Below, piece after piece: positions 48,585 through 61,600 of a DNA stretch of 64,000 nucleotides. Positions within the stretch are counted from its first letter, which is position 1, and every line of letters starts with the position of its first letter. Source of the DNA: Tubulanus polymorphus (lineage: Eukaryota > Animalia > Nemertea); assembly GCF_964204645.1 (NCBI RefSeq), contig NC_134034.1:10552962-10616961 (forward strand). The letters are read 5' to 3'. Under the pieces are notes generated by a model. It was not told the DNA's origin. It worked only from the letters and a program-made list of their open reading frames with translations, and made no database searches. The position numbers and the translations under genes were made by a program.

Positions 48585-49272
48585 GATGCTCGTGACCGAA
48601 ACTGCGCGCGAGTCCAGCGCCGATGAATACATATATTATATATATACCGATACATGAAAGTGTCGATTTTCGGTTTCTGACTGCTGCGGCGTCACCGCGC
48701 GAAACCTTACTAGTTTTAATTGCTTTTGTTCCCCTGCAGTCGTCGAGATTAAATCGCTGACCCTTCCCTACATCGATTTCGCGAACGACGATCGACACCC
48801 GATCCTCGCTCGACGCCGTCTACCCGATGTATACAAGAATTCTAACTCTGCGAGTTGTATCAGTTTTCTGGTAATGATTTGATTTTAAAAACGGGGGTCT
48901 AACAAATTCTCATCGAAGTCTATATGTGTATACAACGGATCGAAGTCGATATTGAGATAAGTCGCTATTTGCGTAGATTAAAGAAAAAGCAATAATATTT
49001 TGACGATCCACCGCGAAAAATCTGTTACAATGCAGACGACACTTTTTAAAACCTGATCGTCTGCAACATTTTGTTCTCTGAAAAAAGTTGGATCTCGTAA
49101 TAACTTTGACTCTAATAACCAAAATTTGCTAATCTTGAATTTGAATGACCATTATTCAAATCTGAGATTAGAAAACGTAGACGATGGTCTTTAGTGAGTA
49201 AGACCGAAACCACGATTAGCGGCAACTAGCGGCCTACGAGAGGCCGCCAGTTGCTGCTCTATCGGTTCGACA

Positions 49273-49948
49273 TAAGCCGGCTTGCGACGGCAACCCGACG
49301 CCTACCGAGACGCCTACAGACTCGTCGCAAGCCGTATCCAGCTAGTTACCCGTGTTCTACTCCAGCCTACGGTAGGCGGACAGTTGCTTTCGATCGCAAC
49401 CGACATATGGTCATCTGCGACGCGACGGAACTGAGCGCAGGAGTTCCAGCCAATAAGAGACCGCATATTCATAGTACAAACTATGACCGCTAGTTAGCGT
49501 CATTCGTAATTAGTCACAAACTTTCAAATTTAAGTGGTTCAAAACGTAAACCAAACCTTCAACACGGCAGATGACTGGACCGAAGATCTAGAAACGAAAT
49601 TGGTAGAATTATGGTGACAGCGGCCATCTTAATATGATGTCGCTAGCACATTGTATTCAAAACAGAATCAGAAAGATAAAGATCTTAAATAAATAGCTAT
49701 AGTAAAAGAAATATATTTCCCAATAATTCAAATTTATTCTCAAAATGTTTATCACGTGACCATCTGAGCCGGTGCAGTTGCTAGTAATCGTAACCGACAT
49801 AAGCAGGGAAGCAATTGGGAGGATGTCGGCCTCTGTTGCTGGGAATCGGAGCACAGTCGACATAAGCGTGGCTGCGATCGCAGTTGCTCTCGGTTGCGTC
49901 GGTAGGAGTCGGTAGGCGTCGCGTTGCTTGTCGACATAAGCCAGCCTT
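49273..49948 (+). mobile_element. Non-autonomous element with a decayed MADF/Myb-like fragment (Harbinger-like)
   Basis: Imperfect inverted ends (aagccggctt..gcaacccgacgcctaccga / tcggtaggcgtcgcgttgc..aagccagcctt); 49576-49680 translates WTEDLETKLVELW*QRPS*YDVASTLYSKQNQKDK. Confidence 0.55.
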
Positions 49949-50214
49949 TAAAGGCTTTCACTATCTAGCATGGCTACTGAATTTGAAATTGATATCTTTA
50001 CAGTAAACTGCGCGTTGACGATCAGTATATAATAAACGATTCTTTATCGAATTGACAAAATCTATCGGATAGAACTTAATGAAACGCGAATTATGCCTTT
50101 GAAGGACCCCTACGCATCTGTGATTAGACGGCATTGTTCCATCACTGCTCCGCCATATGCCGCCATTTTGTCGATTCATGCAAATGAGGGTGCACGTTTG
50201 TTACATTCGTGACA

Positions 50215-50610
50215 TTCAGACGTGTTCAGAAGCCATTTTAAGAATATTCATTCAGACATATTCAGAAGCCATTTTAAGAATATTCATTCAGAATTTTAAG
50301 AATATTCATTCAGACGTATTCAGACGCCATTTTAAGAATATTCATTCAGATATATTCCCAGAAGCCATTTTAAGAATATTCATTCGGACATATTCAGAAG
50401 CCATTTCAAGAATATTCATTCACACATATTCAGAGGCCATTTTAAGAATATTCATTCAGACATATTAAGAAGCCATTTTATGAATATTCATTCAGAAGCC
50501 ATTTCAAGATTATTCATTCAGACATATTCAGAAGCTATTTTAAGATTATTCATTCAGAGCTATTCGGAAGCCATTTTAAGATTATTCATTTAGGCATATT
50601 TAGAAGCCAT
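50215..50610. repeat. About 36-bp minisatellite
   Basis: cagaagccattttaagaatattcattcagacatatt, about 11 copies. Confidence 0.9.
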
Positions 50611-51342
50611 GATGTTAAAAAATGAATACAATCTTCCTCGATTATTTTATCTATGCGCAATTCAACCTCAATCTTTGTACAGTTAAACCTCGTTGATACG
50701 ACAAACCCCTTTATTTCCAGCATGTTCCAGCTAACATATTCATATCAATGAAGGTTTGGATAACACGATTATTTCACTTTTGCCCGACAAGATTCGTATG
50801 AACGACGTTCCACTGTATTGAATCCGTGGCCAGAAACCAATTCATTTCAAGATTCTTACGACATAATTACTCATGATTAGTTCATATGGTATGAAAATCA
50901 TGTCAACTCACTTATATCGAATAACATATGCAAAGCAACTTCAAATTCATACGCATTGATTGACATCATATTTACGCAAATCATCCGATGCTTGCTCCCC
51001 CTGTCGGCTGATACCTGAAACAAACACCTACACCTCCTGAATTCATAATTGCCAGAGCGACAGCCGTCACGAACAGCCAACGTGGCATCGGGACCCAAAT
51101 TCAACATCAACTTAGTTCAGGACACAAACTCACCTACAATATTGTTCAGGACACAAACTCATAAACAACGTCAAAAGTGTCCGGTTTATTTGCTTGCTTG
51201 GTAAGTTTATTTTTAAGTTAAAAAAAATGAGAACTGTGGCACCTTTTCGCATATTTTCGAATTTCTAGTGGCGAGAATTTAGGTAAGTTTTTCTGAGTAT
51301 ATATACGTACGTAGGCATTCGTCACATTTCGATGCTATCCTG

Positions 51343-51480
51343 GGCCCAGTTGCATAGTCGTGACTTAAGTCCAATAGTGGTCTTAAATCTTAAGACTGGT
51401 CTTAAGTTGTTAGATTAGCTATCGAACAAAGTTGGTCTTAGACTGGTCTTAGGTCTAAGTCATGACTATGCAACCGGTCC
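51343..51480. mobile_element. PIF/Harbinger-like MITE with CTG TSD
   Basis: ctg|ggcccagttgcatagtcg...gactatgcaaccggtcc|ctg; near-identical to 37940-38077. Confidence 0.8.
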
Positions 51481-52653
51481 CTGAAGGTTTAAATTAAACA
51501 CTGCAATATCCATGGTTACAGTAAACGATTATCCATCGGGTTAGATTAACGCAGTCCAGTTGCTCAAAGGTCGGTTAAAGCCTCGTCGCATATGAAATAA
51601 ACTAATTTCTACATCATTGGCTGATGTTCACCAGTGAATAAGTGATTATAAGAATTGCGTAGATTGTTATCTTTATCCGGCGGTCAGATTTAATCATCTT
51701 TGAGCATGTTTTGAGAACTGAGGGTTTATGACGCCACATTTCAGCCGCTTCCTAACGGCCATCAGGGGTCAGTTGTTCGAAAATTGGTTAGAGTTAACCA
51801 GTGGATAAACGCCTTAGTGACAATTAAATTTGCATTGTTTCCATCGCAAAAAGTCCACTAATAGTTAACTAAAGCCGGCCCCAACATCGGTAGGCGCGCA
51901 ATGACACGGTTTAACTGATTTCTTTCATTTTGTATCTTTGTTACATTTATTGTATGAATATTGAAATTGTAAAACGGTGTCCCTTATGTATAGAAAAGTG
52001 TGGAGAAAATGTATTGTTGTCGATTGCAATTAGTCTCCGTACAAAAAAAAAATCAGAATTCTAGACTAATCGTAGAGGAGACGTGAATGTCAAATCGGTA
52101 AACGCGAAAAAAATAAGTAGTGTTAAAATACAAGACAAAATTTAACTAAATTCTTAAGCATATACGAGATTTTTCTGCTAGTGCACAAAAGCTTCTCCAG
52201 GAAGATTAGTAAAATTGAGTTTTCGGATGTCGAGAGGTTCTTTCCGCCTATTTGTCGGTTTTAGAAAAAACCGGAAATTCTATTTCCGCCATTTTTTCTC
52301 GAATCCTATTGACGAATATTTCAAAACGGAAGTCCGACGAGTATATATTACAGGGCTCGAACAAAGCAGGGGTCTTTGGGGCAATTTCAAATTGTACATA
52401 ACATTTAAACAAATACGTTTATCGATATCATAACCAACCATATAAACGATGGATTTACTTTGACACATTCAGATTGACGTCATTGACGACAGCTTTGCTG
52501 CTCGCTGACTCGGAAATAATTTTTGGATAATCATCCATCCGATTTGACAAGGTGGGACCCGGGCAGCTGCGTGAAAAATCTATATCTATATTAGTCATTG
52601 TATAATATATATGAATTTCATCAAAATGCGTCTTATTTGTTTTCACTCAGGAG

Positions 52654-55600
52654 ATGATGAAGTTTCTACCAGTGGTGTTTGTCGCCATAGCTCTGTTCAG
52701 AATCGGTCAGTATCACATTCGAACAATGCTACGCCATCGGACTTAAGACTTAAGATAGCAGGGCCCTGTTTTATAGACTGGCATCAATTCTAAGCCTCGG
52801 ACTAATTCAATTCAATTTCCGGGTTCAGGTTGATACAAGTCTATAAAACCAACCCCACGTCTACTGGGGCCAGTTACATAATCGTAGCTTTGACAGTAGT
52901 CTAAGACTAACTTAGTTCTATAGCTGATAAAACAACTTTAGACCAGTCCAAGACCATCTTAGTTCTATAGCTACTCTAACAACTTTAGACTAGTCCAAGA
53001 CCATCCAAGTTCCATAGTCAATGTTACAACTTAAGACCACTTCTGGGATTTAAGACCACTTTTGTACTTACGTCTCGACTACGGAACGGCCCCAGACTCG
53101 CTTCATTGCCTTTGAAAGGAGTCATAACGCAATAAATTAGTTGATATCCCCAGCAATGAATATTTTAAGATCTAAGTAACTAAAAGCATTTTTCTTCTTT
53201 TCAGGTTTAGTGACTGGTCAAACCGATAGTGGTACAGAAAGCTCAGGTGCTCTTTTAGATGCATCTGGAGGAGAAGACGGGTTTGATGGAACTGTAGGAT
53301 CTGGAAATTTTGCATCTGGAGAAAAGTCTGAGACGGTTGCATCTGGAGGAGAAACTGAAACTGTTACATCTGGAGAAGAATCCGAGACAGCTGCATCTGG
53401 AGGAGAATCTGCGACTGTAGCATCTGGAGAAGAATCTGGAACGATTTCATCTGGAGAAGAATCCGAGACTGTTGCATCTGGAGAAGAATCCGAGACTGTG
53501 GCATCCGGAGAAGAATCTGGAACGATTTCATCTGGAGAAGAATCCGAGACTGTTGCATCTGGAGAAGAATCCGAGACTGTGGCATCTGGAGAAGAATCCG
53601 AGACTGTGGCATCTGGAGAAGAATCTGGAACGATTTCATCTGGAGAAGAATCCGAGACTGTTGCATCTGGAGAAGAATCCGAGACTGTGGCATCTGGAGG
53701 AGAATCTGCGACTGTTGCATCTGGAGAAGAATCTGGAACGATTTCATCTGGAGAAGAATCCGAGACTGTTGCATCTGGAGAAGAATCCGAGACTGTGGCA
53801 TCTAGAGGAGAATCTGAGACTGTTGCATCTGGAGAAGAATCCGAGACTGTTGCATCTGGAGAAGAATCTGGAACGATTTCATCTGGAGAAGAATCTGAGA
53901 CTGTTGCATCTGGAGAAGAATCTGAGACTGTTGCATCTGGAGAAGAATCTGAGACTGTTGCATCTGGAGAAGAATCTGGAACGATTTCATCTGGAGAAGA
54001 ATCCGAGAATGTTGCATCTGGAGAAGAATCCGAGACTGTGGCATCTGGAGAAGAATCCGAGATCGTTGCATCTGGAGAAGAATCTGGAACGATTTCATCT
54101 GGAGAAGAATCTGAGACTGTTGCATATGGAGGAGAATCCGAGACTGTGGCATCTGGAGAAGAATCTGAGACCGTTTCATCTGGAGAAGAATCTGAGACAG
54201 TTGCATCTGGAGAAGAATCCGAGACTGTGGCATCTGGAGGAGAATCTGAGACTGTTGCATCTGGAGGAGAATCTGAGGCCGTTGCATCTGGAGGAGAATC
54301 CGAGACTGTGGCATCTGCAGAAGAATCCGAGACTGTGGCATCTGGAGAAGAATCTGAGACCGTTGCATCTGGAGGAGAATCTGAGACCGCTGCATCTGGA
54401 GAAGAATCTGAGACTGTTGCATCTGGAGAAGAATCCGAGACTGTGGCATCTGGAGAAGAATCTGAGACCGTTGCATCTGGAGGAGAATCTGAAAGTGAAG
54501 AGGATGAATCTACCGAATCTGGATTACTGGACGGAACTGATGGTTCGGGTGAAATCGATGAAGATACAGTTGGATCGGGATTATTGGGTAAACTTGAAAA
54601 AGATCCAAATGGTATTGAATCTGGATCTGGAGAAGACAAAGTGTCTGAAACTGGAGAAGATGGCGATAATGTAGAAACTAATCGATCTGGAGAAGTTTCT
54701 GAATCTGAAGAAGATGATGAGAATGTAGAAACTGCTGGATCCGGAGAAGAGTCTGAGACTCCAGCATCTGAATCGCTGGATGAACAAGTGGGGAGCGGAG
54801 GAACCTATCTAACCGACAATGACGCAAACTCTGACTCGACGGGCGACGAACTGACGGAGGTTGAAATCGACGAGAACGGAAAAGGAATGTTGGAAGATCG
54901 AGAGGACAGCGACAACTCGGGTTTGCAACAAACAGTCGATACAAACGACCACGACGGCGACGACTCGCAACAGGGTGAAAAAAACGCCGTTCAAAATTCG
55001 ACTGTCACTCCCAAACATCACATGACAGTGGATGGACAAGCTTGTATGTTCCCGTACACATTCGAGGGAGTCGAATACAACGAATGCATCGATTTCCACA
55101 CTCCTAGTTTTCGCTGGTGCATGACCGACCACGCGCATAACTGGGGATTCTGCGGTATGTTACAATAGATAGAATTATTCATCGATATATATTCTTAACG
55201 GTTTACAGGTATATTGGTGAGATCAGCTTTGGCTTAAACCAAAGACAATACTGACTCAATTCAATGGGCCATTTTCAAAACAGTTTTGAAAAATGACCAT
55301 ACAATTTGAGTCGAAACGGCATATAGGATTTTAATGTTTTTAATGATGTTTTATTGAGTTTTGCTTATACTAATAGGCCTTTATTACGTTTTATTGAAAT
55401 TGTTTTATATACTGGATTTGGAGATATTCTTGTTGTTTGGTAACTGTTTTTTTTTTGTCGTTGTTCACAGATCCGGTCGGAGCGGCGAGAGAAACAGTCG
55501 ACGGAGAGCAATGTCATTTTCCTTTCCTCTATCACGGCGTAATTCATACTGACTGTACTACCGAGTTCGGCGAGAATGGCCGCGCCTGGTGTCAATACAA

Positions 55601-58600
55601 ATCAAATAACGTCCCCGACAACTGGAAATATTGCAGTAAGAATGTTCGCCAGTTCATCTGGGTTAATATAATCCGAATACGGTTTAGACTGAACGTCGGA
55701 ATACAAGGGAATACTGGCACCACCAGATGGCGCAACAACCGGAGCTTGGTTTTATAGACTATTATTAACTTAAACCTGGAGGCTAACTTGATTCATTTTC
55801 AATTGAGTTAACCTCTGGGTTAAAGGTAATACCAGTCTACAAAACCGGGCCTGGGTTATTCGAGGTGAAAACCAGTTCATTTTCAATGAAACTTAATTTT
55901 TTGGCTTCCAAATCCGAAAACTATCAAACGAGTTATCGGATAGATTTAAGATACCCTTTCTCATTCAGTTTGTTCATGGTAAGGATTTCACTGAAAATTG
56001 ATTTCACTAATCAGAAAAGTTGACTCGAATTTAATTGAAATATAGAAGAAATTGAACCCAGTACCACTAGCGATCCTGGCGGATTATCACCGAATCATCA
56101 GTGAGCATCCCTCAGTAGCCTTCCCATTATTCCATTAGTACATCAAACATGGGCCGTTTCGAACGGTATTTTTTGCTTAGGCTGGTCGTACCGTGGACGT
56201 ATAAATCGATCTAGCTTATACGTTCATGGTTTGTATCCGTAGCACATTGTCCCAAACACTTTTCCCCATGTTTCGGACAGTGTTTGGGATGAGTACCGGT
56301 AGTGGGGTACACATTCACATATTGAGGGTATAATACTTTGTTATAAGGTTCAAAGAAGTTACGTTTGAATTCAGTTCCAAGGTGTGTGGATGAACTTGTT
56401 TTTAATTGATAAAAAAACATATACAATTTCAGAGGTAAATCTGTGCGGTGTTGTGGATTGCGGTCACGGAACCTGCGTCGAGGACCGCGCATCGATGACC
56501 CATTCTTGTGTTTGCGATGACGGTTGGCTCGGAGAAAGTTGCGATCAAAGTAAGTGTCGTGTTCCCAATGACCCCTGGCGCCATCTACTCCACCCGCCAA
56601 TATGGCGTGCCTAAAACATTACAGGACATTAACTCGTCGTTATATAACACCATCCTTCTCAATGTCACTGCTGCCTAAATGCCGCTATTTTTTTAGCAAA
56701 TTTGCTCAATCCAAATTAAATTCAATGATAATACAAATTTTTACCATACAACCAAATTCGTTATGATGCCACGTTTTTCATTGGTCCCAAATTGGACCTT
56801 TACTGCCGTAAATCCCAAGTGAACTGCGGCATGGTTGTACTATTGTACTCATCCTCGCTTGCCAGGGGTCCGGTATCACTCCCGAACTCGCTTCCACCAG
56901 CCCCCTGGCCTCACGAAGCGTGATTTCATTACTGACGCTGTTGCGCATGACGTCATATATCGATTTGCGAAATACTTCCTTGTTCAGTAAAACGTTCGCT
57001 GATTGGTCCATTTAACGGGAAAACCAATAGAAGCCTAAAGTCGTTTGTTACAAGCGCTGTGATTGGTACGACCGGATTCTGGTCGGCTAGTAACGACTCC
57101 AACGACTCGTGAGGTCAAGGGGTTCGGCGAACAGCTTTAGCGTAGTGGTTTCGAATCCCTTGACGGGTGAAGATGTATTGTACTCTGTTGCTCCCTAGAG
57201 GATCCTCGCTTACCATCCTCGATTGCCACAGTCGCGCGCGGAGTCCTCATCTCTCAAAGGAGGTATCCCGCCTCCCTGTAAATTTATTCATAAGGCAAAG
57301 GTTAAAAACTAACGTATTCTATCGGTCAATGTTCACAAATTCTATTTCAGTCACCTTGTACTGCCCGTCTGCTGACTGCGGAAACGGAACATGCGAGGAG
57401 AAATTCGAACGGAAAAGTCACTCGTGTATTTGTGATATCGGCTTCGAAGGGGAAAACTGCAAAACACGTACGTTATCTTATACTATTGTATTGTGTAAAT
57501 CATCTGAAAATCTGAATCGTTTTTACTATATAGCCTAACGCATACGGCAATGAAAAACGTCTCTCCCTCGCAAAAACTTTTACTGAAATGGTTTTGTGAG
57601 AAACGTGTTATTTTCTGTTGTGATGAGCCAAACGTTTTGCCGTGTGTGCGTTTTACCGCGTGTGTGTTTTGCCGCGTGTGCGTTTTGCCGCGTGTTCGTT
57701 TTGCCGCGTGTACGTTTTTCAGTGTATGCGTTGGGCTAATGAGACATCGACGACGTTTTGTACTACCGTACAGTCGAAGGTAATCACTCATCCGGTAACG
57801 GTTGGTCTCTTACGCGAGTCCGTGGGTTCAAAATTCAAATATCGACATTGAATTGTCTTTGAAACTAAATCGGGTCTTCATTTCTTATAAAATCACGGTG
57901 TTTTTTCTACGGTTAGTGACTAAATACTGTTCCGGAGTTGTGTGTGGACACGGTAAATGTGTGGAAGATTGGGAGAACAGACGCCATCAGTGTTCATGTG
58001 AGGAGGGCTACAGAGGCCATAACTGTACAGAACGTAAGTCACCCTCACACCCAGCCCCCAACCCCCAAGTTTAAGCTTTTTCATTTGCGATATTTTCTTT
58101 AAAATCCCGCACCTTCAATTTTGCGATTTTCAACTTTCCAAAATTCAAATATTGCCATCAACAGTGCTTGGGCATTGAAACGACTGTAAGGCAGTTCTAG
58201 AGCACGCTCGTGCAGTCTGAGCAATATGTGAAACCGAATGTCAGAAAGTCGGAACTGTAGTCCGAAAATAGTGAACCAGTGGATTGATCACGGTCGCTGT
58301 AGTCCGCGCTTAGTTCGAAGATGGCCACCAGTGTGAAGTGCGTAAGACAGAACTATAGGGCGTGCGGTTATTATCTCCGGCCACTAGTCGAAACTAACTA
58401 CGAAAACCGAAGTTTGTCCTGGCTGAATATGTTTTCATTGTTTTATTTTTTTTTCTTAATTTCAGAGACTTTGTATTGCGATACTGCTCATTGCGAACAT
58501 GGCGTCTGCGTTGAAGACTGGCACCACCGCAAACATATCTGTAACTGTGACAACGGTTACGACGGTGAAGATTGTTCCACCAGTACGTCTCAATTTTCCA

Positions 58601-61600
58601 AATCTCCTTATACAGGCTTTTCAATCTTCCCGGCCAGAGGTTAACAAAGTCCCAGATTGAATGGGCTTTTCCGAGCTATCAAAACCTTTAATGAATCTCA
58701 GCTTGACCCGCAGTGATGCTATATTGCGCAGTTCTATACAGATTCTCTACTTACTGCGTTCGTTGTTTTTTTTTTCTTGCAGAACACCTTTACTGCAAGA
58801 ATGCCACTTGCGTCCACGGAACTTGTGAAGAACATTGGGATCGATCTACTCACGAATGTTTATGTGACGAGGGCTACACCGGAGACGAATGTGGATCTAG
58901 TAGGTTTCTTATCGAATATGAAAATACTCTCAAAAATGGCATCATCACTACCGAGTAACCCGATTCCAAACTCGGTATACCGAAAAGCTAATAAGTTGTA
59001 GTGAAGGTTGAACACGAATTTTAAAATGTCTAATTTCAGGAAGATTGTATTGTCAGGATAACGAATGCGGTGCTAATGGTGACTGCGTGGAAGCGTGGGA
59101 GAATAGAGGTTACAACTGCTCCTGTCACGATGGATATCACGGCGAACGTTGTACTACAAGTAAGTGTTGGGGGGAGGTGAAGGAATGACAACCAGGCCCC
59201 AGTTTCCCATTGTCTGAATTATGATTGATCTCAATGAAATGAACTGATAACAAAACTCACAACTGCGGAACTCGATCCAGAGTTACGTACATCTCAGGCG
59301 AACACAATTTCTACGATTGCCGAGCCATGTATGCTTTTAAAAAGAATATTACAGGACCGAGGGGTTTCACCGTCGGGTTTAGAGATTTTTGAAGAAATCC
59401 CAACTCAATTTCTGAGAGAATTAAATTCATCTGTTTCAACGATCTCTGTCTTTACAGAAAGTGCGACTTCGATTGGAAAGCAGGCCGGGGTTCGGGCCCC
59501 CAAACTACCCGGCCTAGATTTACCCCTGTATTTTACATTCGATGATAAAAACGGTGTTTTTGTTTCTATTTCGTAGCCGTCGAGTTTTGCCACCAGGAGG
59601 GTGTTGACTGCGGACACGGTTATTGCGAAGAAGATTGGGATAATTTAGGTTTTAAATGCGTCTGTGACGAGGGCTATGACGGAGTTTACTGCGCAAAAAG
59701 TACGTGGTTTCCTACATTCACAGCCCGATCTGAACAAGCACCACTTGAAAAGTTTATGGACATGTTACATTGAATTTTCCAAACGCATATATATATATAT
59801 ATATAGTTTCGAGTTGGCATGTTACTTTTTATTTGACACCAGCTGCTCTGTACTGTCCGAAGGCGAACTGTGGCAATGGAACCTGTCACGAAGACTGGGA
59901 AAACCGAGGACACACGTGCATCTGTACCGAAGGTTTCGAGGGACCGTCTTGTCACAATCGTAAGTTTTATTTCAGCCTACTGATCACTAGGGGTTTGGGG
60001 GGCTTGTTACGAATTCATTCTATGATCAAACTTACAAACACCATGGGTTACATATTAAACCGTAAATTGACCAGTCGCCCTACTGAATCTGTTCTTCGAT
60101 TTCCGATTTCAAAATCAAATCCTTTGTTTCGTTCGTGGGCTTTTATCCCATATCATTCTCAAAATGATGGATAACAAATGTCGAGAGATAATATAAAATC
60201 CCATAACGATAATGAAAATGTTTCCTATATTCATTGATACAGATACGCGGTATTGTAGAGATGCGGAGTGTAAGAACGGCTATTGCGAGGAAGACTGGGA
60301 GAACCGCGGATTCATTTGCGCTTGTTACGACGGCTATACCGGACAGGACTGCGAAAACCGTAATTACATACACACATATTCCATTTCTTGATATTTCCAT
60401 ATGTATACCGAACTACTTTGTCTGAATACCAGACGATGTACGGGTTCTCCGGTCTTGTTTGGGAAAAACGGCTAAGTACTAGACTAGCGAACTACGAGAA
60501 CGCATTCTTTGCCGTGAAGAATATCCAACTGAATATTGTAGAAAATCTAAGCTACAAGCAGTTCTCACAAAATGTTAAGTTAAGATTTATTCTATGAAAA
60601 TATATAACATGTATTCATTGTGAAAAATGAGCTACATTTCATCTTAGCGCACGAGAAGTTCGATTCTCTTACTGGCAAAAATCTACTCGATAGAAATCAG
60701 TGTAAATGGTATAAGTAGATTTTTTAAATGATGTAAGTACATTGTATAGTACATTAGAATTGATAAATTTGGGAAATATTTCAAATCGATGTTCGATCTT
60801 TATGCATAACATTTTGAGATTATCCATGTATGCTGCTATGCCATTCGTACCTGTAAACATCTTACTTTTTATCATCCATGTATGCTATGCCATCTTACTA
60901 CTTTTTGTCGCTTTGTACGTGTATATTGTTTGCTGCTGTTACTCTTTATTTCATTGACATTCATGGCACCTTCGTAATGGCGAATGCACGTACAATATAC
61001 ATGTGATAGTAAGATATACAGTATACAGTGTACAGTAACTATTTTGACAGAGGTCAACTACTGTTCGGACGATGTATTCTGTGGTAATGGAGACTGTCAA
61101 GAAGATTGGGACAACAAAAGTTTTCAATGCGTTTGCGACAGCGGTTTCACCGGCGACAACTGCACCGAAAGTAAGTTCATCGCCTATTTTTTCTAAATTC
61201 AGTAATTTGCATATGCAAATCATTTACGAGCACGTGACCGCGATGCGCTTATAGTAATGAAAACAATTTCATTATTATGCAACAGCTCTTTTCTGACCTT
61301 AAGATTTTCTCAAAGGTACAGGTTTAAGTTTAAAGCTGATAGACACTGAGTAAGGCGCTTATGTACGTATGCAAGGGTTCTCGCAGGTCGGGCAATGCCA
61401 GAAAAATTCCCTGCAAGAAAAATCATGAATTCCGACAACTTTCTTGAAAATCAGGGAATGTTATGTTTGGTCTCTTGTTTTTCTTGCTGGTGACGAGTGG
61501 CGCAAGGAACCTCTTGATAAGAAACAACCCCCACTGAGGATGTCTTATAATTTAATCGGGGAATTTCGGTCAAGGTTCGAGGAAAATCTCGGGGAATAAC

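Noticed and set aside
53218-54674. Long overlapping ORFs in other frames (473, 400 and 224 aa)
   Set aside because: Expected from a 27-bp repeat that lacks stops in several frames; only the ASGEESETV frame joins the signal peptide and FN2 exons.
57121-57170. tRNA-like 3' half (gtggtttcgaatccc)
   Set aside because: It lies at the end of the 326-bp TSD-flanked MITE and has no full tRNA fold.
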